The notes under the pieces are model-generated. The model made no database searches and was not told the DNA's origin. It was given only the letters and a program-made list of their open reading frames with translations. Below are positions 1 through 14,090 of a DNA stretch of 64,000 nt, one piece after another. The translations under genes and the position numbers were made by a program. Source of the DNA: an uncultured Acidobacteriota bacterium (GTDB taxonomy: Bacteria; Acidobacteriota; Thermoanaerobaculia; Gp7-AA8); assembly GCA_963822445.1 (NCBI GenBank), contig CAWGHO010000001.1, forward strand, positions 544,001 to 608,000. The letters run 5' to 3'. Within the stretch, counting starts at the first letter, position 1. Every line of letters begins with the position of its first letter.

Positions 1-161
1 AAACGCCCGCCGAGGATGCGGTCGATGCGCCAGTAGACATGAGTGGAGAGAAGGCTGGCAATCGCCTCTTCCCGCGCCCGATCCGTCGGCGCGTGAAGGA
101 CATCCTCGAGGACGGGATCGTTTACACCCGCACCCGGTCGATCGGCAGGTTCGGCGGCCAC
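1..161 (-). CDS. Possible 5' end of a CDS running off the window (VAAEPADRPGAGVNDPVLEDVLHAPTDRAREEAIASLLSTHVYWRIDRILGGR...), function unknown
   Basis: Manually read open frame from a GTG at 161, downstream of the rRNA terminator; not in the ORF track. Confidence 0.35.
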   Translation of the reverse strand, partial: MAAEPADRPGAGVNDPVLEDVLHAPTDRAREEAIASLLSTHVYWRIDRILGGR

Positions 162-227
162 AGTCGTCTCTGGAGTGTAGACGACAAAGAGTCGCGCATA
201 TGCGCATCCCGAAGGGGGCAAAAAGCG

Positions 228-255
228 AAAAGCCGCTGATTTCTCAGCGGCTTTT
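228..255 (-). terminator. Rho-independent terminator of the rRNA operon
   Basis: Perfect hairpin AAAAGCCGCTGA-TTTC-TCAGCGGCTTTT just past the 5S 3' end, followed by a T-rich tract on the minus strand. Confidence 0.85.
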
Positions 256-267
256 CATAAAAATTAT

Positions 268-383
268 CCCGGCGGCGTCCTACTTTCCCACGCAGTTGCC
301 CGCGCAGTATCATTGGCGATGCGGAGCTTGACTGCCGTGTTCGGAATGGGAACGGGTATTTCCTCCGCTCTATGACCACCGGA
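268..383 (-). rRNA. rrf: 5S rRNA
   Basis: Minus strand reads CCGGTGGTCATAGAGCGGAGGAAATACCCGTTCCCATTCCGAACACGGCAGTCAAGCTCC...GGGAAAGTAGGACGCCGCCGG; ends approximate. Confidence 0.97.
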
Positions 384-483
384 AACTTGGTTTCTGGTTG
401 GTTAAAGCAAAATTCATTGAATACGGGTAGTAGTGAGATGGTCGGCGTTGTAGCTAGCAGACAACATCAAATCAAGACAAATA

Positions 484-3452
<2,969 letters not shown>

Positions 3453-3537
3453 TAAAGTGCCTTGATCTCATGCGATCTGCAGCTACCACACGTTTACTCA
3501 CGATATGACGCTTGCATCTCATTTACTTACCCGTATT

Positions 3538-3553
3538 CAATTGTCAAAGAGAC
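3538..3553 (-). promoter_or_regulatory. Spacer boxA antitermination-like element
   Basis: Minus strand TCTCTTTGACAATTG in the 16S-23S spacer, matched by a similar GGTTCCTTGACAACTG in the leader. Confidence 0.6.
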
Positions 3554-3707
3554 TTCGGGCGTCGGTGCCCTGAAAACTGACTAGGAAAGCACGAGGCGAA
3601 ACGCTTGCCGAGCATTGCGCTCAGCAGATTCCTTTCGACCTAGGTTGACATCATTCGGCACCTAGACGATGCCGTCGCGATCTCGTTTTGATCCGAGACG
3701 GAAGATG

Positions 3708-5250
<1,543 letters not shown>

Positions 5251-5401
5251 TTATCTGTTGAATTTGAAGCTCTAGCATCAGTCAGTAACGACTGTTGCTT
5301 ATTCGGATACTTCTTATGTGTGTTTCTGACGAGTCCGACGTTGTTCAATGAACATAGTCAGGACTCAAAGGAATCACGTTTGCCTTCGTTGCTTTCCTAT
5401 T

Positions 5402-5417
5402 CAGTTGTCAAGGAACC
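5402..5417 (-). promoter_or_regulatory. Leader boxA antitermination-like element
   Basis: Minus strand GGTTCCTTGACAACTG about 150 nt upstream of the 16S. Confidence 0.55.
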
Positions 5418-6002
5418 GACTACTTTCGATCGCGTCGGATCGGTGCTGCGTACGACTCGCGTTTTTCCCGCTTTCGTCCGCACCGCCGATCCCGCGCTGG
5501 GATCATGGGTAACCTGCTGCAACCCCTTGTTATTTCAACCGCTTACGGCCCCGCTCGACTCTGTCTGGCGGCCCGCCGCCGTTCATGCGCCGGGATCGAG
5601 TCATAACTCGGAGCGACTCGCGGTTATTTCAACGACCGCGCCGGCTTCCTGTTCGGCTCGCCTTGTCTTCAGCGCGGACCAGGGATAACCGGATCGCGGC
5701 GCAGACATTCCACGAATGTAGGAATCGGCCGCGAAACCGTCCCTTGGAAGGGTAGCGGCGTGGGGCCTCCCGTCACGTTCTCGGCAGGCCGCTCTCTGCA
5801 GGGCGGGCTCGGACGCACCCGCGTGATGATGGCGTGCACATCCATGGTCTCAACGAGCCCCCCGAGAAGTGACGGCATTGCCGCCGCGTCTGCTGCATGC
5901 CAGCGACGCCTGCCGGCAGGTCGCCGACCGCACCGTCCTGCTCCCAAGCTCCTCGGCCGCAAGCGCACAAGAAAAAGAAGGCGGCGCCGAAGCCTCGAGT
6001 GA

Positions 6003-7586
6003 TCAGCGCAACGGAATCGATTGCGCGTGATGAAAATGGTCCTCGGGATCCCACCGCTGTTTGACCTTGACCAGATTGCGCGGATTCCGCCGGAAGTTGT
6101 CGAGGAAATACAGCCAGAGCGCGCGGTCGACGTCACCACGCTCGTGGCTGCCGAGCACCGTGTCGGGATAGTTGTAGTAGGCGCCGTCGACGGTGCCGGT
6201 CTCGTCGCGGGCCGGGTCGGGCGTGCCGCCGTATTCGGCATACACGTCACGATAGAAATCGTTGATCCACTCGAGGTGCGTGCCGGCTTGCGCGCGGTAG
6301 GGCTGCTGATCGCTCTCCCCCGGCTTCGAATCATTGATCCAGTACGTCTGGTACTGAAGCTTCATGATGGAGCTGCGCTGCGGCACCGGGGTCGCATCCG
6401 CCGCCCGCCTGTTGATCGCGCCGCCGTAGCTGTCCACCTGCAGCAATGACTGGCTCATGTCGCCGGGAGGAAGGCCGGACGGAGTGGTGTTCAACCATCG
6501 ATAGATGGCCTCTACCTGATCGTCCGGAAAGCGCTTCTTCATGTAGGCCGATTTGTACTTGCCGAACTGATTCGGCCCGGAGCCGTTCATCGTCTGCAGC
6601 GCCTCCAGGTAGGTGACGTGCTGCACCGCGACGCTGGCCGGCAGGGTCGTCATGTAGCCGGGATGCCCGCCGAGCGGCTTCTGGAGGGACACGGCCGGCA
6701 CGACCTGGCCGAGCCGCGCTCGAGCTCCCTGAAAGCTCGACTCGGCCCGCTCGCGATGCTCGCGTTGTGCGACACCCGGCGCCGACACCATCTGCATGAT
6801 CAGGCCGATCTGCCCGTTCGAGACGTGGTTCAGTTTGAAGAGGGTGAAGTCGGTATCGGGCATCTCCGCGACGAAGTCCGCGTAGACGGCCAGCAGTCCG
6901 GCGAACGTCTTCCGGTCGAGATCGGACCAGTTCCAGGCCAGAGTCGCGATCGAGGCATGCGCTGGCGCGTCGGGCAATTGCGCAAAGTAGTAGCGCACGA
7001 TGACGCCGAAGTTGCCGCACCCGGCGCCGCACAAGGCCCAGAACAAGTCCCGCTCGTCGCTCGTCGCGCTCTCGGCGGACACGTGACGCAGCTCCGCCCG
7101 TCCCGTCCTCGCGTCCCATGTCACGATGTCCACGGCGCTCAGGTGATCGACGGTCAAGCCGTGCAGCCGAGACAACAGCCCATACCCGCCGCCGGTAATG
7201 TGACCGCCCGCGCCGACCGAATAGCAGCTGCCGGCGGGCAGGGTCTTGTTGAACGCATTCAACAGCGTGCGGTAAACGGTCCAGTTCTCACATCCGGCAT
7301 CGACGAAGAAGGCATTGCGTACCGGATCGAGCCCGACCTGGTTCAGCGCGGACATGTCGATGACGGCCCGCGTGGTGCTGTTGTAGACGAAGTTCTCATA
7401 GCAGTGACGTCCCGAGGCGACCTTGACGTCTCTGCCGTAGGCGTTGATGGCCGCAGTCACACAGTCAGCGACGCGCTCCGGATAGGTCGGCGCGTACACC
7501 GCTTGCAGGTTCGCCGCGAACCAGCGGCGGTCGAATCCCTGGCGATCGCTGAGAACAACGGGGCGGTTTCCGGCAGATGGGATCAC
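6003..7586 (-). CDS. FAD-linked oxidase, BBE/hexose-oxidase-like (probably bicovalent FAD)
   Basis: True start is probably the GTG at 7586 overlapping the upstream TGA (GTGA). Motifs SGRHCYE, LPAGSCYSVGAGGHITGGGYG, KYKSAYM, GAYYNYPD and KQRWDPEDHFHHAQSI (C-terminal BBE domain). Confidence 0.9.
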   Translation of the reverse strand: MIPSAGNRPVVLSDRQGFDRRWFAANLQAVYAPTYPERVADCVTAAINAYGRDVKVASGRHCYENFVYNSTTRAVIDMSALNQVGLDPVRNAFFVDAGCENWTVYRTLLNAFNKTLPAGSCYSVGAGGHITGGGYGLLSRLHGLTVDHLSAVDIVTWDARTGRAELRHVSAESATSDERDLFWALCGAGCGNFGVIVRYYFAQLPDAPAHASIATLAWNWSDLDRKTFAGLLAVYADFVAEMPDTDFTLFKLNHVSNGQIGLIMQMVSAPGVAQREHRERAESSFQGARARLGQVVPAVSLQKPLGGHPGYMTTLPASVAVQHVTYLEALQTMNGSGPNQFGKYKSAYMKKRFPDDQVEAIYRWLNTTPSGLPPGDMSQSLLQVDSYGGAINRRAADATPVPQRSSIMKLQYQTYWINDSKPGESDQQPYRAQAGTHLEWINDFYRDVYAEYGGTPDPARDETGTVDGAYYNYPDTVLGSHERGDVDRALWLYFLDNFRRNPRNLVKVKQRWDPEDHFHHAQSIPLR

Positions 7587-10500
7587 AGATGCATCGACCC
7601 CCGCTGCACCCTGCAGTGACTCTGCACTCGTCCCACCGTCGCCGGCGCGGGCATGGTGAACCACGTATCGTCGCCCTGGTCGCGCCGCGCGGCCATGATG
7701 GCTTGCTTGATCGCGAAGAACGCTGACGTCGAGAGCACGAGCGGCGGCTCTCCGATGCCTCGCGAGGACATCACCGCGGAGTTGCTCTGATTCGGATCGC
7801 CGCCTTTGTCGAGGGTCACCCGCAGGTCGACGGGGATCGATTTCGAACAGGGCGGCTTGTACTCCCACGTGCCGTTCGAGTAGAGCCGGCCGTCGGGCTC
7901 GTACATCATCTGCTCGGTTGTCATCAGTCCGAGTCCCTGCACGAACGCGCCTTCGACCTGTCCGACGTCGAGGCAGGGATTGAGGCTGTGCCCGATGTCG
8001 ATGAGGATGTCGGAGCGAAGCACGGTCGTCTCGCCGGTGAGCACATCGATCTCGACCTCGCTCGCCGCGGCGGCATAGACGAAGTAGAGGAACGCGCGGC
8101 CGTACTGGCTCGTCCCCTCGACGTCGCCGATCAGCGGCGTCTGGTAGAACCCCTCCACCGCAAGGTTCACGCGCGCCGCGTACGCGCCGCCGACGATCGA
8201 CGGCCAGAGCTGCTTCCAGTTCGTCTTCCAGCCCTTGACTTTGTTTTCTTTGCAGTACTTCTCGAGCCGCGCGCGCAACTCGAGGCAGGCGTTCTTCACC
8301 GCGCCGCCGAACAGATCCGAGCCTGACGACGCGGCCGTCGGCGTGGCATTCGGCATGGTGTCCGTCGATGTCTGCGCGACATGGATGATGCTCATGTCGA
8401 TGCCGAGGGTCTCGGCGGCGATCTGCATCATCTTCGTGTCGATCCCCTGCCCCGACTCGGCGCCACCGTGCTGCAGCATCACGCTTCCGTCGGCCGCGTA
8501 CGCGGCGACATAGGCGACACCCTGATCGAGAAGACGCGGCTGATAGCCGACGCCGTACTTGAGCGGGATCATCGTCAGCCCGCGCTTGCGCCAGCGATTC
8601 TTCGCGTTGAACCTGTCGACGGCGTCCCGGCGCTTGTTGAAGTCGGACGACTTCATCAGCCGCTTCCAGAGATCGCGGATGTTGCACTGATCGAGCTTCT
8701 GTGCGTAGGGCGTGGTCTGGTACGAGCGCCTCGAGCCATCCTGGTACATGTTCTTCCAGCGCACATCCTCGGCGCGCATGCCGCACGCGTGCGCGATCTT
8801 CTCGATGGCCTCCTCGCAGATCAGCGTGGCCTGCACTACGCCGAAACTGCGGAATGCCGTGTTGCTGGCGTTGTTCGTCCGGCAGACATCGCCGCGGCTG
8901 TGCCACGTCGGCACGAAGTACGCGCCGTCGGAATGCTGCTGCGAGAGATCCATCACGGGGAAACTGAGATCGTATGTCGAGCCGCCGTTGGAGTAGAGCT
9001 GCACCTTGTAGCCTTTGATCTCCCCCTTCTTCGTGAACGTCGCATGGAAGCGGCCCTGGTACGGGTGCCGCTTGCCGGTGACGTTCATGTCCGTGTTGCG
9101 GTCGAGGAGCAATCGCACCGGCCGATTGAGAATCCATGCCGCGATGGCCGGCGCCGGATTGATGACCAGAGGCCGCGCCTGTTTGCCGCCGAAACCGCCG
9201 CCGAGCGGACGCTGGAAGACGGTGACGGCGCTGTTCTCGATCTCCAGGAGCTGGGCGACGGATGATTGCACCGACGATCCCTGCTGCGTTCCCGAATAGA
9301 TCGTCATCTTCCCCTGCGCCTCGGGAAGCGCGAGCGCGCCTTGCGTCTCCATGTAGAAGTGTTCCTGGGCCTCGTTCCCCATCTCTCCTTCGACGACTTC
9401 GCATCCCTTCATCGGCTGCGTCGGATCCTTCAGCCACTTCTCGTCGCTTCCCTTGCGCGTGATATCGGGGATGTGCTGGTTCTCCTTCTGCTGGGGGAAG
9501 AAGTCTTTTTTCGAGACCGCCTCGTCGATCGTCAGCACGGGCGTCGCCGGCTTGAACTCGATCAGCTCCGATTGGATGTACCAGGCGGCGCGCTGCGCGG
9601 TCCAGCGGTCCTTCGCCACCACGAGACCGATCGGCTGGCCCCAGCAGATGATCTGTTGATTGAGAGCGAACACGACGTCGTCTCCGCCGAGCCCGAGGTA
9701 GGGGTTTTTCTGGTTCGGGACGTCGGCGGCGGTGATGTACGCGACCACGCCGGCGAACTTCGCCTGCGCGGCTTTCAATGCGCCGGCTTTGTAGCGGAAC
9801 GTGCCGCTGGCGATCTCGCTGATGACGAACGCCGAGTCGTATCCGTGCGGCGGCAACGGAATGTCCTGCGTGTATTTCTGCTCGCCGGCGGCCTGCACGA
9901 ACGCCGTCGTCTTGAGGATCGGCTCACCGACCGGCTTCTCCTGGTGATAGACGCTCACCGTCTGCGTGCCGCCGGAGAGCGCGCGCACGTAGACTTCGCC
10001 GCCGGAGCGGTTCTCGGGCTCCACTTCCTTCGGGAAACGCTCGTTGGCAACGTGCAGAAAAAACTTGTAGAGCAGCGTCTCGCAGAGCGACTCGCGGTAG
10101 CCTTCCGGAAGGAAGTTGGTGCCCGGCATCGGACGAATCACCTTCGCGACTTCGCCAGCGAGCACCCGCAGTGCCTCCTGCAGTGTTGCGTCGTTCCACT
10201 TCTTGCCGGTGATGGCTGCTTCGGTTTTCGTCATGCGTGACGGCAGATTCGCGAGGCCGCCGTAGAGGATCGTCGCGCTCTGGATCGTGCCTTTTTTGTC
10301 GAGGCGCACGAGGAAGCCGGCATTCACGATCGCGTGCGCGTTCTGATCGCGATAGGCGATCTTGAACGTCTCGATCTCGTCGCCTTCCTGCGAGTACGGA
10401 ATGTGGAAAGACTGTGCGATCGCATCAGCGGGAAGTTTCCACACCGCGGGTAGATCCGCCATCGCGTAGGTCTTGTTGCCTTCGTGCGAGGCGATCATGA

Positions 10501-11605
10501 TCGACGCGCCGAGGGTCTGCAGCACGAGGTAGACGTCCGATGGGAACGGCGAATCCGTCTCCGCCTGCGCGCGCGTCATCATTACGTTGCCGCCGATCGA
10601 GCCGATGTTGCGCACCTGCAGGTTGGCGACGTCGAGCAGATGGCGGCGGAACGCCGCGAAACCGCGCGTCTTGTCCTTCGGCTTCTTCTCGATCACGCGC
10701 TGCAGCTCATCGATCACGTTCTGCAGCGGCTCCGCGGCACCGACATCGAGTCCTTTGCCGGTCTCGCGGAAGCCGAGGAGGCTCGCGATCGCGTGGATGT
10801 CGATGAGGATGTGCGGGTCGTCGACGTCGGCCTTGTAGATGCCGATCGACGTGTTGCCGGCGACGAGCTTCACGTTGCGCGAGTTGCCGCCGTGCGACGC
10901 CTTGATCTTCTGTGCCTCTTCGAGCGTCGCCGGACGGAACCAGCGATAACCGCGGCCGGCGCTCTCCAGCGACGACATCTTTTCGGCGTACTCGATCAGC
11001 TCGCGCGGGAACTCCGTTGACGGACGCGGGCCCGGCAGATGCTGCTCGATCGGCACGTCGGCGTGGCAGCGGTGATTCGTCGAGTAGGTGTTGTGCTTCT
11101 TGAAATCGACGGCGAAGCTCTTCATCCCCTCGAGGATCGGGCGGTAGCCGGTGCAGCGGCAAAGGTGGCCGTCGAAAAGGTCTTCGATCTGCTGCTGCTC
11201 GGGCTTCGGATTGTTGCGGAGGAACGTGAACATGTTCATCACGAACCCCGGCGTGCAGAAGCCGCATTGCGAGCCGTTGTGTGCGGCGATCCGATACTGA
11301 ACCGGATCGAGTTTCTCGCGCGTGCTCCCGATGCCCTCGGTGGTCGTGATCATCGCGCCATCAAGCGAGCAAATCGGACGGAGACAGGAGTTGATCGCCG
11401 TCTCGGCGACGCGCCGCTCTTTCGGCTCCCAACGCGAGAGCATCACCGTGCACGCGCCGCAGCCTCCTTCGCCGCAGGAAAGCTTCGTGCCGGTGAATCC
11501 GATGGCGTCGCTGCGCAGCCAGTCGATGAGCAGCGTGGTGGGATCGGGGTCGGCAATCTCGAAGCGGTCTCCGTTGACGTAGAAGAGGATCGCGTGCGAA
11601 GTCAT
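7583..11605 (-). CDS. Single-chain xanthine dehydrogenase/aldehyde oxidase family molybdo-flavoenzyme (2Fe-2S + FAD + Moco)
   Basis: GTKLSCGEGGCGACTV, QCGFCTPGF, LCRCTGYRPI, LVAGNTSIG, QEHFYMETQ, GGGFGGKQ, AFRSFG and GIGEPPL in one 1340-aa ORF. Confidence 0.95.
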   Translation of the reverse strand: MTSHAILFYVNGDRFEIADPDPTTLLIDWLRSDAIGFTGTKLSCGEGGCGACTVMLSRWEPKERRVAETAINSCLRPICSLDGAMITTTEGIGSTREKLDPVQYRIAAHNGSQCGFCTPGFVMNMFTFLRNNPKPEQQQIEDLFDGHLCRCTGYRPILEGMKSFAVDFKKHNTYSTNHRCHADVPIEQHLPGPRPSTEFPRELIEYAEKMSSLESAGRGYRWFRPATLEEAQKIKASHGGNSRNVKLVAGNTSIGIYKADVDDPHILIDIHAIASLLGFRETGKGLDVGAAEPLQNVIDELQRVIEKKPKDKTRGFAAFRRHLLDVANLQVRNIGSIGGNVMMTRAQAETDSPFPSDVYLVLQTLGASIMIASHEGNKTYAMADLPAVWKLPADAIAQSFHIPYSQEGDEIETFKIAYRDQNAHAIVNAGFLVRLDKKGTIQSATILYGGLANLPSRMTKTEAAITGKKWNDATLQEALRVLAGEVAKVIRPMPGTNFLPEGYRESLCETLLYKFFLHVANERFPKEVEPENRSGGEVYVRALSGGTQTVSVYHQEKPVGEPILKTTAFVQAAGEQKYTQDIPLPPHGYDSAFVISEIASGTFRYKAGALKAAQAKFAGVVAYITAADVPNQKNPYLGLGGDDVVFALNQQIICWGQPIGLVVAKDRWTAQRAAWYIQSELIEFKPATPVLTIDEAVSKKDFFPQQKENQHIPDITRKGSDEKWLKDPTQPMKGCEVVEGEMGNEAQEHFYMETQGALALPEAQGKMTIYSGTQQGSSVQSSVAQLLEIENSAVTVFQRPLGGGFGGKQARPLVINPAPAIAAWILNRPVRLLLDRNTDMNVTGKRHPYQGRFHATFTKKGEIKGYKVQLYSNGGSTYDLSFPVMDLSQQHSDGAYFVPTWHSRGDVCRTNNASNTAFRSFGVVQATLICEEAIEKIAHACGMRAEDVRWKNMYQDGSRRSYQTTPYAQKLDQCNIRDLWKRLMKSSDFNKRRDAVDRFNAKNRWRKRGLTMIPLKYGVGYQPRLLDQGVAYVAAYAADGSVMLQHGGAESGQGIDTKMMQIAAETLGIDMSIIHVAQTSTDTMPNATPTAASSGSDLFGGAVKNACLELRARLEKYCKENKVKGWKTNWKQLWPSIVGGAYAARVNLAVEGFYQTPLIGDVEGTSQYGRAFLYFVYAAAASEVEIDVLTGETTVLRSDILIDIGHSLNPCLDVGQVEGAFVQGLGLMTTEQMMYEPDGRLYSNGTWEYKPPCSKSIPVDLRVTLDKGGDPNQSNSAVMSSRGIGEPPLVLSTSAFFAIKQAIMAARRDQGDDTWFTMPAPATVGRVQSHCRVQRGSMHL

Positions 11606-11614
11606 GCGTTCTCC

Positions 11615-12568
11615 TTAGCTGTTGATCACGTCGAGGAAGAGGTCGTAGAAGGCATCGGCGTCCGCGTCGAGCATCACGTCGATCGATGCGCCGTTCGGAT
11701 CTTCGACGAGCTGGCCGGAGTGGTCGGCCTCTTCGTCGAGCTCCTGCACGACGCGCAGCTTCAGCGTCCTACCGGATGCGATGGGCGGATCGGTGAGCAC
11801 CGCGGCCGCGAGCGGATCCCAGAAGAAAAAGTCGCCGCTCTGCACGAAGGGGATGTCGGCAGTCAGCGTCTGATAGATGAACGCCGCCTGCGGCGTGGTG
11901 TGACGCTGCTGGATGCGGTCGTAGAACGGCAGATTCAGCGGAACGTGATCGGACGCGTCGAGCGGGACCAGCGTGACCGGGACGCCGGAGTCGAAAATGT
12001 ACTGACCGCCGAGCGGATCGAGGAAGAAGTTCCACTCCGCGACCGTGTTCAAGTAATCGGGATCGACCACGTTGACGTTGCCGGGAACGAGGATCGCGCC
12101 GCCCATCATCACGATGCGCTCGATCTTCGGCGCGACTTCGGGACAGGTGTGCAGGAGCGTGCCGAGGTTCGTGCCGCCGCCGATGGCGAGAATGGTCATC
12201 GGCTCGGGCGATGCCTCGAGCGCCGCGCGGAGAAAGTCGACGGCGCTTTCGTTCACCGGCGAATTCGGATTCGTTGGAAGCGGAACGTTGTAGACCGCGT
12301 CGATCGGTCCGCGGATCGACTGCGGAAAGACATTGCTGTAGCTCAGCGGCGCGCTCGTTCCCTTCGCCACCGGGATGCCGGGCTTGCCCGTGAGTTGGAG
12401 AAGATCGAGCGCGTTGCGCGTGCCGGGCGTGAGGTGGCATGCGCCGACGCCGGTCGTAGTGACGCCGCGGAGATCGACGCTGGGATGCATCGAGAGATAG
12501 AGGATGGCCATCCAGTCGTCGATGTCGACGTCCGTGTCGATCAGCACAGGGATTCGCATGGCGGTCAT
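11615..12568 (-). CDS. Nucleoside hydrolase (IU-NH family)
   Basis: N-terminal IDTDVDIDDW Asp motif, GGGTNL, MMGGA, AEWNFFLDP, VPLD, FFWDP; start at 12568 or 12559. Confidence 0.93.
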   Translation of the reverse strand: MTAMRIPVLIDTDVDIDDWMAILYLSMHPSVDLRGVTTTGVGACHLTPGTRNALDLLQLTGKPGIPVAKGTSAPLSYSNVFPQSIRGPIDAVYNVPLPTNPNSPVNESAVDFLRAALEASPEPMTILAIGGGTNLGTLLHTCPEVAPKIERIVMMGGAILVPGNVNVVDPDYLNTVAEWNFFLDPLGGQYIFDSGVPVTLVPLDASDHVPLNLPFYDRIQQRHTTPQAAFIYQTLTADIPFVQSGDFFFWDPLAAAVLTDPPIASGRTLKLRVVQELDEEADHSGQLVEDPNGASIDVMLDADADAFYDLFLDVINS

Positions 12569-12627
12569 CGTATCAGCCCGCAGGGATGTTAGGATGCACA
12601 TCCATCCCTAAAACCGAAGGAGGCAGC

Positions 12628-13575
12628 ATGGACGTCATCCTCGTGCACGACGCTGCGATCGACGAGTACATGTCGCAGGTGCTTCTGACCACCATGCCCG
12701 GGATCAATCTCCTGGGCGCCGTGATCGTCAACGCCGACTGCATCGACTCCGCGGCCATGCAGACCGCCTGGCAGATCATGAGCTACATCGATCGCACCGA
12801 CATTCCGATGGGACTCAGCGGCGCGCGCGGATGGAATCCGTTTCCCTGGCAGTACCGCAGCGACTGCGTTCGCGAGTCGGCCATCACCTGCCTCAAAGAC
12901 TTTCGGCCGAATCCGAAGTGGCCGCCGTTCCCCGACGGCGACGCGCTGCTGCAGTCTCTGATGGAGGCGGCTGCAGGGCCGGTGACGCTGCTGGTGACGT
13001 GTCCGTTCACGCCGATCATGACTCTGCTGCAGCAGTCGCCTGCACTGGCATCGAAGATCGAGCAGATGATCTGGATGGGCGGCGCGATCAACGTCGCCGG
13101 CAATCTCGATCCGACCACCGTGCCGACCCCGCCGTGGAACAACTGCGCGGAGTGGAATGCCTTCTGGGATGCGGTGTCGGTCGACTGGGTCTTCAGGAAC
13201 ACGACCTGTCCGATCATCCAGTTCCCGCTGGACATGACCAATCGGGCCGCGATCACGACCAGCTTCATGGAGACGCTGGCCGTACAGGCATCGAACGGCT
13301 CACGCTACTCCGAGCTCGCGTTCGAGAGCTACATGCTAGTGAGCTACGAGACGTTCTATGACATGTGGGACGTCGTCACCACCTGCTGGCTCGCGGACCA
13401 GAGCTTCTTCCAGCCGCCGACGACGATGAGCCTCGCGATCGATGCGACGCTGAGCAACACGCAGGGCTGCATCAAGCCGGTGGCCGGCGGACGCGAAGTG
13501 CAGGTGGTGTTGAATTTCTCCGCGAACGGCCAGCAGGCGTTTTACGACTACGTGGCGAAACAGTTCAACCGGTAA
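12628..13575 (+). CDS. Nucleoside hydrolase, purine-preferring (IAG-NH-like)
   Basis: AGGAGG RBS before ATG 12628; motifs VHDAAIDE, NADC, NPFP, WMGGA, AEWNAFWD, YDMWD. Confidence 0.88.
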   Translation: MDVILVHDAAIDEYMSQVLLTTMPGINLLGAVIVNADCIDSAAMQTAWQIMSYIDRTDIPMGLSGARGWNPFPWQYRSDCVRESAITCLKDFRPNPKWPPFPDGDALLQSLMEAAAGPVTLLVTCPFTPIMTLLQQSPALASKIEQMIWMGGAINVAGNLDPTTVPTPPWNNCAEWNAFWDAVSVDWVFRNTTCPIIQFPLDMTNRAAITTSFMETLAVQASNGSRYSELAFESYMLVSYETFYDMWDVVTTCWLADQSFFQPPTTMSLAIDATLSNTQGCIKPVAGGREVQVVLNFSANGQQAFYDYVAKQFNR

Positions 13576-13578
13576 ACC

Positions 13579-13619
13579 CGAGATCCTTCCCCTTCGCATT
13601 GCTCAGGGTCAGGATGACA
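13579..13619. repeat. REP-like element
   Basis: GAGATCCTTCCCCTTCGCATTGCTCAGGGTCAGGATGAC directly after a stop codon; its core resembles 33442-33464. Confidence 0.6.
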
Positions 13620-13772
13620 CCGGAAGCCGCTGCAGACCTCGAACGCCGACATCGTCGCCTGGAACAATCGCACGCCAGCCCCTGCACATGCGCCTGCGCG
13701 TCGGACAGCGGCTTCCCGTCCGCGCCGAAAGGGCCACGGCTGCCGCCGGTCGGCGATTGCAAAGGCGCAATC

Positions 13773-13990
13773 ATGAAACACAACGTTCCGCTTTGCGTCG
13801 CTGCTCTCGCCGTCGCTCACGCCGTCGCCGCGCAAGCCGCGTCAATGAGATCGGCCTTTCTCCCGAGGGCAGCCTGTGGGTCCTCAGCGCCATCGGCAAT
13901 GCGTATGGCAGCGCGACGGCACCCAACCTCTATACAACGCTTCCTTCTCCGCTACCCGCGACTCCCGCCCTGCCACGCCGGGGGTCGCGG
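13773..13990 (+). pseudogene. Remnant of a secreted-protein gene
   Basis: Signal-peptide-like MKHNVPLCVAALAVAHAVAAQAA continues in another frame as VNEIGLSPEGSLWVLSAIGNAYG, then degenerates. Confidence 0.3.
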
Positions 13991-14090
13991 GTTGGAGCCC
14001 CGCCGGCGCCGCGCCGCCGCGAGCTGTTCGAGAGAGCGCGCGCTGACCTCCGATGCACGGGAAGCCGATGCCGGAGAGCCGGCAGGGGCG

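Noticed and set aside
5450-5760. rRNA operon promoter (GTTGAAATAA occurs twice on the minus strand)
   Set aside because: No -10 element at a credible spacing could be assigned
7587-9437. N-terminal 617 aa of the 1144-aa ORF 6003-9437
   Set aside because: Alternate-frame overlap with the Mo-enzyme gene; the oxidase starts near 7586
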